This document shows, piece after piece, positions 53,165-64,000 of a stretch of 64,000 nucleotides of DNA (the stretch's first letter is position 1; each line of letters starts with the position of its first letter). The notes under the pieces are model-generated. The model worked only from the letters and a program-made list of their open reading frames with translations. It made no database searches and was not told the origin of the DNA. Location of the stretch: positions 30,692,001-30,756,000 of the forward strand of contig CM052816.1 in NCBI GenBank assembly GCA_028534125.1. Reading direction: 5' to 3'. The DNA is from Lama glama. Lineage: Eukaryota. The translations under genes and the position numbers were made by a program.

Positions 53165-54250
53165 CTATCCTGAAAGTTCCTATGTTGTACACGATATTTC
53201 AAAAGAATGAAACTGACAATTGTAAGAAAGTCTTATCATAAAATTAGGTACAGGAAAGAGATACATATAACTCAGACTGAAATTAGGGGAGAAGAAAGTG
53301 TGAAAGAGTTCATGAAGCAGTAATACTTGAATTGACTTTATAGTTCAAGGGAAAAAAAGCAAGGATAATAAAACAAAGCAGATTTGAATGAACAAATGTC
53401 TATCAACATGAAGTACTTAAATGTATTCCAAAGACTTGCCTATAGCTCAGTTCTACTGGAGCATGGAGAGAGTGTGTGTGTGTGTACAGGGGAAAGACGG
53501 GCTGGTCTGGGTAAATAAGATGCTGACAAAGAAGACAGATATTTGGAAGGGCCTTACGAACTTAGAAACGTTATCTTGTAGAAAATAGAAAATGAGGATT
53601 ATTTTTCATCGAGGTGTGGTGTAATCAAATGTGTTTTTTAGATAATAATTTCTCAGTAGGATTTGAGTGGATGGGAGTAGGCAAGTTTTTACAACACTGA
53701 AGAAAGGAAAACTTGTTAAGATTTTATAGAAGTGGAGATGAGATAAGAAGATGATGATGTAGGGTTATGGCACTGGGGTTGAAAAGAGGTCATACTGGAG
53801 TGATATTTGAGAATTAATATGTTATAGTTGAAAGAACTTGGGCTTTGAATATGGAAATAGAGTTAATCCAAGCTCAGCAACTTATTAGAAAAGTGATTTA
53901 AGCAAACTAATGGAACTTTATGAATTCCGGGTAGGGATAAAAATACATATGTTGTCTGTAGAATTAGATATATCAACTTGCACGGTTTGCGTATAGCCAA
54001 TTAAAGCTCTTTGAATCATTCATATACACAAACCACAAGATCTCGCCAATGATTAGATACAGGAGCATAAGGGCAGTAGAGATCCTGGAGAAGCCTAAGA
54101 TTTCTAGCTTGCGTTACCAGGTGACTCCTGGTCACATTTATTAAGATAGACAATGAGAAAAAGAGACAATTTTGGTGAGGAAAAAATAATGTTATAAAAT
54201 ATATTTCAGACCTTTCTAACGAAAACAGTATTGACATGCTAACAGACTTC
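53165..54250 (-). mobile_element. L2 fragment with an internal plus-strand MIR (~53820-53975)
   Basis: Antisense L2 landmarks (ggaagggcctt, tgtaatcaaatgtgtttttagataataa, aagatttctagcttg) flank gaaagaacttgggctttgaa.. MIR head. Confidence 0.7.
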
Positions 54251-54304
54251 ATCCTTGTGGTTATTCTTTATCACCACCCTTTTACAGCCTTGTATTTATT
54301 TTTG

Positions 54305-54545
54305 TGGAGCAGTATGGTACAGCAACCAAGAATACAGACCTGGATTCAATCCCAGCTCCACTGTTTCCTAGCTATGTGATCTTGGGAGTGTTACTACACT
54401 TCTCTGGGACTCTATCTCATTTGTGAAATGGGAATACTGATAATACAGATCCCACAGAATGACTGTGAAAATTAAATAAGTTAATAATTTTAAAGTGCTT
54501 AAAATAGTGTCTTCTCATCTAAGGGCTGCAGGTGTGTAAGATACT
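54305..54545 (+). mobile_element. MIR SINE
   Basis: cagacctggattcaatcccagctccact..ctagctatgtgatcttggg..catttgtgaaatgggaata..taaagtgcttaaaatagtg. Confidence 0.92.
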
Positions 54546-55689
54546 TTCTTTAAATGTTAATTAGTTGCTTGTCATCCTCATAAGGAAGGTTTCTTCAATC
54601 CCCTTCTCCTCCTTCCTCTTGCTAGATGTTTCTCTAATCTCCCCAATAAAACATACAAAAGCTTAGCTGGGAATTTAGAAGTCCCTGACAGGTCACAAGG
54701 CAGTATCACTTTACAAAGCAAACTTTCCATCTGATGTGTACAGAGCATCATACATTTGCTGTGAGGTTATTAAAGCTACTACATTTGACAAATGAAATTT
54801 CATATGCATAGTAGATTTACAAGATAAAGGCTGTTGAGATTTACAACAACTAGAAGTCTCAAAAATGAAACTTTCTCCTCCAGGAAGTTTAATTTTTTCC
54901 CCTTTACTTTATTAGAAGTATCTAATAAAGAGAAATTCTTATATACCTAAATCAAAGTGTCAACACTTTAACATAGGTTTATGAAGGTTACAGTCTGGCA
55001 TAGAAGCATTTATATAAATTTTTCAACACCTAAACATATATTGAGTAAGTACAGTTGCATTAGTGAAGAGAGTTTTATGTTTTAAAAAATTATGATGGGT
55101 AGTAGTTTAAGGAGCCCTATAATTTACTGCTTCACAGAATATAATTTTTAAAGAATACCACCTACTATAGTTTATGTGGAGAAATAACAGATTTGAAGGT
55201 CAATTCTACAATTTATAGTAAGAGAATAAATGACTTACTATATAAGATTTCCCCATTTGATTCTAGGCACACCTCCTCGAGACACCTAAGACAGAATTAT
55301 AGTTCAGAGGGAGCTATGCCTAATTACAGCTCTCAGTCAGAATATCCATATTTTACCCAAGAGTGTGACCTATGTTTGAGTCTACGTTCCTGCTCCTCCA
55401 TCACTGGCAGTGTGACTTTCTCAAATATGTCCACTGAAACTCACCAGGTTCTCTACAGCGTATTTTATAAGAGGCATTACATTTAGTATTATATTATCAA
55501 CATCACCATCGGTATAACAGTTTGAAATAAGAGTACTTATAAATGGCAGCTTCTACTTTTTAGATATGAAAAAAAGTTACCTAAGAAAGATAATGAATAT
55601 GCCTATGTGTTCTGCTCAGAATAAAATTCATATTTTATCAGATTTTCATGGAATCTGATTTTAGACATGCAATACAACATGACACACAT

Positions 55690-56520
55690 AGCCACTATTT
55701 TTCTTCCTTTCTTTTGTCCCATTCTCTCACCCTCTGAGAGGAAGCTGCAATAAAAATTGTGTAAGAAAACTTCTAGACTGTTTCATTTTTCGGACACATA
55801 AATAAATATGCTCATAATTTGGTTTAAAAGTGTTATGTAACTTCTACTAGAATGTGTTTATTATTCTGCCATTGACTTTTCTTTTCATGTCAACACTGAG
55901 TTTTTGAAAACTACTTAAATGGATAAATTGATCTAATTAGTTCATTCATTTAAACTGCTAGAATGCTTAAAAGAAAAAATAGACCTTGCTTTTTTTATAG
56001 GGGGTTGACAACTTGGATGACAGCAGATTTCTCATCTGAAACTACGGAGGCTAGAAAAATGTAGCACAACATTTTTCAAGTTCCAAAAGAAAAGAACTGT
56101 CAACCATTGTTTTATTCCATGATTTCATGATACACAGAATAAGTTTTTGAATTCTCTGTATCATCGATCCATTCATCTTTTTCTCCTTCAGAATGTCACA
56201 GTTTTAATGATCTAACTTTATAGAAAGAGTTGATATCTGGATATCAATTCTCCCTTGCTTATTTTTTTTTAATATCTTCTTGGCTTTTTTGACATTTATA
56301 CTTCTTTATAAATTCTATAAGCAATTTGTTAACTTCTATAAATGCTTGCTGGAACTTTGACTGGAATAGTGATAATTCCAAGACAGTGAGTTTACCCATC
56401 AATGAAAATACTATTGCTTCTTCTTAATTTAGGACATATAGTATGTCTTTCAGTAAGATCTTTATTTTGCATACAAAGCTTTTACAATTCTTTTAAAAAT
56501 TAACTTCTAGAAGCTGTAAA
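55690..56520. mobile_element. Mosaic of old L1 fragments (antisense 3'UTR, sense ORF1 piece 55970-56105, antisense ORF2)
   Basis: gacagcagatttctcatctgaaactacggaggctagaa..aaagaaaagaactgtcaacc = ORF1 sense; gcttgctggaactttgactggaat = ORF2 antisense. Confidence 0.65.
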
Positions 56521-57839
56521 TGTTGTATCTCACTGAGCCTCAGTTTGCAATACCTTTTATTATTTGAGCATCACTTATATTCATTAACATGATTTTACTT
56601 TGCTAAGATTTGTGTATTTCACACAGAACAAACCATAAGCGCAAGAAAACTGCATTGCCCACTGCTCAACCAAAAAAGGATTTTATTCCAAAAATGGAGG
56701 CAAAATTGAGAGCATTTGAATTACTGAGAAATAGTACACTAGTATTCAATCGCAGTACCTTCATTAGGATCAAGAAAGGTTTGAATACTGTACTTAACAA
56801 TTGTACTAGTGCTAATGCTGTTGTTCCTAGAAATGTGATCCCTTCTAAAGTATGGCTGCACTGTGAGGATAGATTGATATAAAACACATACATATGTTAA
56901 GTTATATACAACTATTATTATATAAGTTTGTTATATTTTATTTCCCGAAACTTATTTATTGACAGAGTATCCTGTCCAAGTTGATTGAAAACAATGGAGG
57001 AAACAATTGAGGTATAATTTCTGATGTGGATACTGATGATATTTAGGGCAGCAGGAGTTTGGGGGCTTTGGAGACCTTTGAGTAAGTGCATTATACTCAT
57101 ATCCTTCATGTCAAAGATCTACCCAACTATGGGAAACAAAAGACCTTCTTAACACTTGAGAACATGGGAAAAACTTTTCCAAAGAATAATCTTAAGTAAT
57201 TTTTAGGCAATCGATCAGAACTTCCTAATCAACTAATGGAGTAAAAAGACCGTCATTAGTATACTTAGGGTTGTTCCCTCAAAATCTGTGAATTGTTAGC
57301 AAAAGAAAATTGGTTTAAAAGCCCTTTTTCTAATTCATTATTCACACACACACACACACACATTAAAACAACTGAAATTAATCATTGCAGGTTTTATATG
57401 GTTACTTATCTCGGCTATTTTTCTTGGCATTGTCATTTTGAATTTCTTTTCTGTAATAATATGATCTACATCTTGTAAAGAAGAGATATTTACACGGTCT
57501 AGACCTTTGATCCAAGTACAGTATAAAATTCAAGCTAGTACAGATGAAGTTCTAGTTTATTATACAAATTGTAAAAACTAAAGGAGTATATGTATAGCTC
57601 CTTAGTGGTGACCAAATTGACTCCTTCAACTATTCCTTTTTAATATATAAAATATCATCAGTTATATCCTTTCATATTTTTCCATATGGTTGCCTATGTC
57701 CCCTACACTGGGTTAGAGTCTAGGTTTGATTTATGCTTTCTTCTCTTGGTAAAAGCCTCTTAGCAAACAAAGAGGCTAGAAAGGGTACTCTAGAGTAATA
57801 GAGAAATAAATAGGAGGAGAAATGAAGGGAAATATAAAG

Positions 57840-58035
57840 AAAATAACTTGTAGAGCATCAATCTTGTGCCTGGTAACTTCATCAATCCTAAAAACAAGGT
57901 TGCAATGTTATTTTTCTTTTTTGCAGAAGAGAAAACTAAGGGTCTGAATTAGCATTCTCAACTCCACAATGAGGAACAACGTAAGGAATTAAAAGCAGAT
58001 CTCTCTAACTCAAGGATCCACATTGATTCCATTTT
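57840..58035 (-). mobile_element. MIR relic
   Basis: aatcctaaaaacaa..ttttgcagaagagaaaactaaggg..gatctctctaactcaagg. Confidence 0.65.
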
Positions 58036-58044
58036 AAGAGGATT

Positions 58045-58848
58045 TTATAACCCCATTGCTAATGCTTCTAGAGGTGTTTTAGAAATGTAAGGATGCATGT
58101 TGGGGTCAATATGTTTTGGGATCACGAGTCACTGATGACATTTAGTGAGTGATGTTCTAGGACAGTGTCTAGATAGCCTGCAGTTTTAAGACAATCTTAC
58201 ACAACAAAGAAATGACTTGTGTGTTCTGTGACCTGAAAGTTTCCCTAGAGATTACCATAGAAAAAAAAAACCATTTATAATTTCACAAGACTCGAGCCTA
58301 ACACTGCTTTGCATATAAACAGAAAGATTTCTTTTTAATTTAATAGATATTGAATTTTCCAGAAATGCAGCTTCTGGATAATTCAGGCAGATTAAAATTT
58401 GTTTGGAGATTTCCCAAGAGCTATATGCCATTTCAAAAATCTCTTCACTTGTGACATCGCTGCTCATGGTATAAATTATCAAGACCACTTAAGTCACCTG
58501 TATCAGTCTGCAACTGTTGCTGACACAGTCATGTGCTGATGTGGTCCTCACAGTAAAATATCAAGTATTAAAAATTGTTAAAATACTGTTTATTATTTTC
58601 CTTCTCATAAATACAACTTTACTCATTATGAAATATTTGCAAGCATCCAGCTACATCATTATGTCAACTAGTGTAGTTAATCCTTCATATTTTAATAATG
58701 AACATCTTTTACTATAAATTATTTTCTCTACATTATTATTAAGCCATTGTATTGATACTGTAAGCTGATATGGGAAGGTGGGTTAAAGTACTCTGAATTT
58801 CACTTGAGGTATTAAAGGGATCATGGGGTGATAAGGAGTTGAGATTTA
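58045..58848 (+). mobile_element. MER20B-like hAT-Charlie element
   Basis: tgaattttccagaaatgca, cacctgtatcagtctgca, gcaagcatccagctacatcattatgtc, tgaatttcacttgagg in the expected order. Confidence 0.8.
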
Positions 58849-59449
58849 ATATTTAATCACAATGTAAATTTAGTTGAGGTCTGTGCTCAGAAATTTCCAG
58901 GTTTAAAAAATTGGCTTAAATGTGGAACACAAGTTAAAAAGTATCGATCAGTAAGCACCAGAGTGGCTTGGGTGTTAGGAGTGATTCTTCAAGATCTATT
59001 CTATGCTGCCTGTACTGTCAAATAGCTCAAAGTTTGAAGAACTAGCCAGAAGAATTTACACCAGTCAGTCCTATTTCTTGTACTGGAATTAAGGGAATAT
59101 CATTTCCTTAAGAGTGGCCGATTCAAGAGTAAGCACGTAGGCAATTTCTAACCAGTGATACATAAAGGTAAAATTCCTGTAGATTACTGGGAAAGTCCTT
59201 TCCTATTTTTTAATTAAGAATTGAGAAACCTCTCACATGTGCCAGATTTAAACAAAGAAAAAATATCCCTATTGATGCAGGCAACTCCTAGGGGAATTGG
59301 CCCCAGGATAAAGCCAGACTTCTGTCCATCAGAGAGAATAGGCTGATCCCCTAATGGCATTGTTGACCTTAATGTTTCTGCCAATCCTGACGTATATACA
59401 GCCCATACGCTTTTCACTTAGGCACGCAAGTATTTCTCTCTGTATTTTA

Positions 59450-60680
59450 AAGTTAACTTCTTATTGAAGGATAGTATATGTATATAGTGCATTTATATAG
59501 GAGTATACACATGTCTCGATGTATAGCTATTTTCAATTTTCTCTCATTCCTTCTAATTGTCTCAAGGAGACAATCTCATATATCCTTAACATCTTTTCAA
59601 CACTTCTTATCTCCCTTTTTAAAAATTTATTGTAATCCACGTATAGTTGATTTACAATGTTGGTTAGTTTCAGGTATACAGCAAAGTGATGCATTTTATA
59701 TCTATCTATCTATCTATCTATATATATATAAAATCTCCCTTTTTAACAAAGAGAACATAGCCCTCAAGCTTTGACCCTTCAGCTGGCAATAGTATTTCAC
59801 AAAGTAAGCACACCCATGTACTCATAATCCAGATAAAGAAATAAAATCTTTCCAACACCCAGGAGTCTCCTGTGTGTCTTCTCCCAGTGACTGTCCTCCA
59901 AAGGTGACCACCATCCTGTCTCCTAGCTTCTTAGACTAATTTATCTGTAAGCATAATGCTACTCTATGTATACTTATGTGTGAGGTTGCTTTTTCTCAAC
60001 TTAATTTTTGTAAGATTCAGCCATGATTGTCATGTAGCTATGGTTCAATCTTCTTTCATTTTTATGTAATATGCCCTTATATTTATTTATCCATGCTACT
60101 GTTGACAGACATTGGATTTGTTTTTCAGTTTGCGGTTCTTAAGACTAGTGCTACTGTGAACATCCTGTGATCCTATGTAAGCACTTTTGTTGCATATAAA
60201 CCTAGGAAGAGAACTGTTAGAACACAGGAGATTGGTATGTTCAGCTTCATTAAAATACTGCCACACAGTTTTTCAAAATGTTTGTACAAACATAGGCTTC
60301 CACTAACAGATTAGCAAAGTCCCAGTTGCTCTACATCCTCACCAACATTTGGATTTGTCCGTCACTGTATTTTAGCCCACCATTAAAAAATGGAAATTAA
60401 AATTATAATGAGTTACAAATACATTTCGTATATTTTATGTATTTGTAACTCATCATAATTTAAGTTTTCATTTGCTGATGACTCATGAGGGAGAACCCAT
60501 TTCATATATTCACACATACCCTCTTTTATAATGTTCAAATCGTCTGCCTCTTTTTCTAATTATTTAACTTTCTACTTTTTTCTTAGAGATTTGTAGGGCT
60601 TCTTAGATTTTTTGATATTAGTCCTTTGTCAACTATATGTACTATGAGCATCTTTGACCCTTGATGTCACTGTTGAAACA
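59450..60680 (-). mobile_element. Old L1MD/ME 3' region, antisense
   Basis: ttattgaagga..tttcacaaagtaagcacacccatgta..aagattcagccatg..gttccagttgctctacatcctcaccaaca-like segments. Confidence 0.85.
59621..59732 (-). mobile_element. 112-bp 5'-truncated younger L1 stub with perfect TSD
   Basis: tatagttgatttacaatgttggttagtttcaggtatacagcaaagtgat; TSD atctcccttttt at 59609-59620 and 59733-59744; TT|AAAA on the minus strand. Confidence 0.9.
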
Positions 60681-60690
60681 CTGGATTTAG

Positions 60691-61094
60691 CAGTTCTGTG
60701 CTGTAACTGTTTAACAACAGGCCCGTCAGTGGTAAAGAAAGCCTCAGTTTATAGTGTTTACTGACTTCTGCGGTGTAAATGCTCCCTCCACGGCAGGTTC
60801 AAGGTAACAAGCTGACGTCAGTGAACAAAGAGCTGTAGCTGCACAGCACTGTGGAGCACACCCACCACATGAATACAAAAAATGGAAACAACCTTGAGGA
60901 CAGATAACAGTGAAACAATTAGGAAGTGATGTGCTTTGAGCACTCTTCACTTTCATATGAATACTTCATTTAGGTTTTAGTTTACACAATCTGATCTTTA
61001 ACAATGGCTGTGTTTAACAGGCAGTCCACGAAACTCCTGAAAATTAGCTGCTGGCTCTCGTAAGTTAGTACAAGCCAGACCCAGCACAACACTG
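60691..61094 (-). mobile_element. MER63B-like hAT-Blackjack element
   Basis: TIRs cagttctgtgctg / cagcacaacactg; 8-bp TSD ggatttag / gaatctag (6/8). Confidence 0.88.
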
Positions 61095-61169
61095 GAATCT
61101 AGTTACTCTGAAGCCCACACCATGGACTCTCTTAAGTAAGCAACTGCATCTTATTATCATTATTCTATT

Positions 61170-61420
61170 AAATAATGTTTTATTGAAGCATGCCATACAA
61201 CAGAAACATGCACATATATTAAGTGTAAGCTGAATGCATTTTCACAAAGTAAACACGCTCGTGTAACTGACTGCCACTCAGACAGAATATTACTAAACCC
61301 AGAAGCCTCCTACATATCCTCTCTCGTGCATAAACCCACAAAAGTAAACAGGAATTTGATTCCTCATCATTGTTTAGAGGGGGTTTGAACGTCACATATA
61401 GAATTACAGTTTTTATTGCA
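61170..61420 (-). mobile_element. Old L1M 3' end fragment
   Basis: ttttattgaagca..tgcacatatattaagtgtaagctgaatgcattttcacaaagtaaacac. Confidence 0.8.
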
Positions 61421-61489
61421 TAAAAAGTTAATGTCAAAACTCTGCATCACGTTATACGGTTCACGGATCACTAATACTACACATCAAGG

Positions 61490-62000
61490 CGGGGTGTTCC
61501 CAAGTGTGTGATGCACACAGTGCTGGGACATAAGATGATTTTAGTGCTACTGATGTATCATTAAATAGCGGTGAGAAAGTTACTCCTTTTTAATCCTAAT
61601 TTTTTTCTAAGAATATCTAATTCTTTGTTACTTTCTCTGCTTGCATCAGAGGCAAGCATCAGCTGGTACTCTCAGGTCCTTAGCATCTCTCAAAACTGTG
61701 GTTCTCTCTTCTTTTGACAGTGAGAAATCAGGCTTGAAACTCCCTTCTGTTGGCAACTGTCTCTAGCTGGAATTCAATTACATTGCTTTGTATTCACTGA
61801 TCTACCTGTATATTTATCTTCTATTCATGAAATAGTAATTCCACATCTATAGGAGTGATATAAAACTCCCCTTTCAAATAAATGAAAGTATAAAAATGAG
61901 TCAGTTTCATAGAATTTCACATCTAAGCGTAGTGTATATACTTGTATATATTAAACATTTTATTAGAAGTACACTAATAAGTGAAATTTGAGAAACTCTG
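61490..62000 (-). mobile_element. MER113-like hAT-Charlie element
   Basis: gtgttcccaagtgtg..gatgattttag..gagaaagttactcc..tctagctggaatt..agtgatataaa..aaatgagtcagttt..tttgagaaactctg. Confidence 0.75.
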
Positions 62001-64000
62001 ATCATGAAATCTACTGTCTTAAATAAGAGATGGCACAGGATACCTTCCCCGAGGAAAACCAGGATGTGTAAATAAAGTGCTGACTCTGTAGAGCCAAATG
62101 CATTCGGAGAGGCAGAGAGGACAGAGGATCACGGGAATTTCCAAGTCAGGGTCTTCAGCATCACTCCCTAATTAACTGAAGGAAGTTTCCTTGAGGAAGT
62201 AGGTTTTGGAAGAGTTCAGACAAATCTGGCGACCCCGACGTGTTCTAGAAAGATTTGCAAATAGAATGTTACCTGTCCACTGTTGCTGTCATTTGAAATG
62301 TTTAACTAGGTTATATTTCCAATAAAATGCATAAAACTGCCTCGTATTTTAAATGTATGTGCAGTATGTTTTATTGAGCATATCTAACAAGTATGTGAAA
62401 ATATATTGGATTCATTTCCATGAGGAACACACAATGCCAGCTTTCCCAATCTACATCATAATTACGGCACAGGGGGAGGATTATAACTGTGGGGGATGTG
62501 TTCTGTCTGAGTTTTTTAGTAAATTCCTCCTCAAATGAAATCCTCTGGTGCATCTGTTACGTATTTAGACTTTTTAAAAAACGTAGTTCTGTATGAGCCA
62601 AGCAGGTGTGCAGTTCTCTCACCCATGAGATCACACAAAATGAAAAGTTCATGACTGTCCACAAGCTCAGAACAGCATGGGTCAGCAAAGGTACACCCCT
62701 TTGCTCGCACCAACTGAGTTTCAAATCCATGGCTCTCGGGGAATTTGTAGGTGGACTAGTAAACCTGGAACAAGAATGCACAATTTGGCAAAAGAGTTAT
62801 TTCTGCTTTTCTCTAGTATTTTGACATTGTGGTCCTATTCAGAGCAATGGTTTTGATTCTTGATACTGAGATAAAAGCATGAAAAAGGGACTAACAGTCC
62901 CTAGTGGGGTATACATGTCTGTGTGTATGCGTGTGTGTGCATCTGTAAGACAGATATGTGGGCTCAACGCAGTTTTATTTAATAGAATAGTTTCACTTCC
63001 CCTCAAATATTTGTATTTCTCCCCACTTTTCCATCATTCTTCCAATTCTAAAAAAATCACACGGTGCATTGTCACTGGAGCTGAGCTTGTGTCTTTCCTA
63101 TTTCTGTCCTGTGTGGGTCTGCTCTTATCTCTAATTCACCAATTTGCTTATAAATTTTGTCAGTTCTATCAGCATGAACCTTTCTTCCCTAGAGGAACTG
63201 GAGTTTCAGACCATTGGACTACAGCAAGAAGAAACTCCCCCTCGATTCTGAAATTTCATGTTGCTTTTCCTATTCCAGAGCTTCCTCTTAATATTCTTAT
63301 CTCAGAAGTAGAAATTTCCAGAACAACCACATAATTAAAGAAGGGTATGTGTCTGTATTTGTAAGTGCATAGGTACAAGGAAAATGCACCTCACAATACG
63401 AAATTAAACCAACCCCTATCACTCCGCCTGCCGTCAAAATGACCTGCATAAGCTCCAGAAAGTAGCTAGTAAGGGGCTTAGGGTGTTGCTCTGAGGAAAT
63501 CGGAGGTTTCCTTCTTTGTGCCTTTACATGAAACGTCTGACTTTTGCCCATAAAGGAGAGAGACGTCTAAATTACTTAAATACATGGCAGCTGTTAGATA
63601 CAGAACTGCTTTGTGACCTCTTAAGCGCTAAACTCGGATGTTAAAACAACGGTAGGAAATGGTGAAACTGGTTGTTCTGTTGTTCCGACTCAGTGTGACC
63701 TACAGCTGGTGTGCCTCCTTCCTAATAGCTATGTGTGAGACGATCAACACCCAGCTTGCTTTCCTTCTGCAGTCACCGTTGGCTCATTAGGCTTCCTGTG
63801 TTTGAAATAGCAGTCTCTGATTTACTGAGGCAGCACGTAAGTAAGCACCCTCCACCACACCAACTCCCAGAACACTTTCCAAACATCTGTAAAGGAATTC
63901 CGTAACTAGTGATTCATACAGCCACATCTGGGGGAGACCTCAGTTCATCTTTAATAGCACATAATCATCACAGAGCAAAGTCCTTAGGAAATTAGAGTAG

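Noticed and set aside
56610..56893. Overlapping 90-aa and 75-aa ORFs in unique DNA
   Set aside because: No similarity I recognise, no convincing splice sites, length within chance expectation
62879..63334. Longest ORF in the window (151 aa, ATG start)
   Set aside because: Runs through a TG-rich microsatellite-like tract, no recognisable domain or promoter; treated as a chance ORF unless PhyloCSF or ribosome profiling says otherwise

Overview
AT-rich, CpG-depleted placental-mammal genomic DNA, either a gene desert or the interior of a large intron. I could not recognise any protein-coding exon, RNA gene, CpG island or CRISPR-like array, and no new biological system is demonstrable from the sequence. 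Roughly 40-50% (eye estimate) is transposon-derived: a near full-length, internally deleted L1 with recognisable target-site duplications (TSDs, 1741-7785), an ~8.5 kb nested L1/ERV cluster (17.0-25.5 kb), a Tigger2-type element, a long antisense L1 with MLT1 insertions (47.5-51.4 kb), hAT elements (MER81, MER63, MER20B, MER113) and many MIR/L2 relics. The youngest L1 3' ends are of the cetartiodactyl type. I see no Alu, Bov-A/BovB, CHR, PRE-1, Can-SINE or ERE, which points by inference to a camelid. The best leads are non-coding: a cluster of five NCGTG (bHLH-PAS-type) motifs at ~31.0 kb, a CTCF-like site with retained CpGs at ~44.4 kb, a GC-richer first-exon-like island at ~13.6-14.1 kb, and several small candidate + strand exons that can be chained in frame (speculative). 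Repeat subfamily names come from remembered consensus sequences, not from a search, and boundaries without a stated TSD/TIR are approximate.
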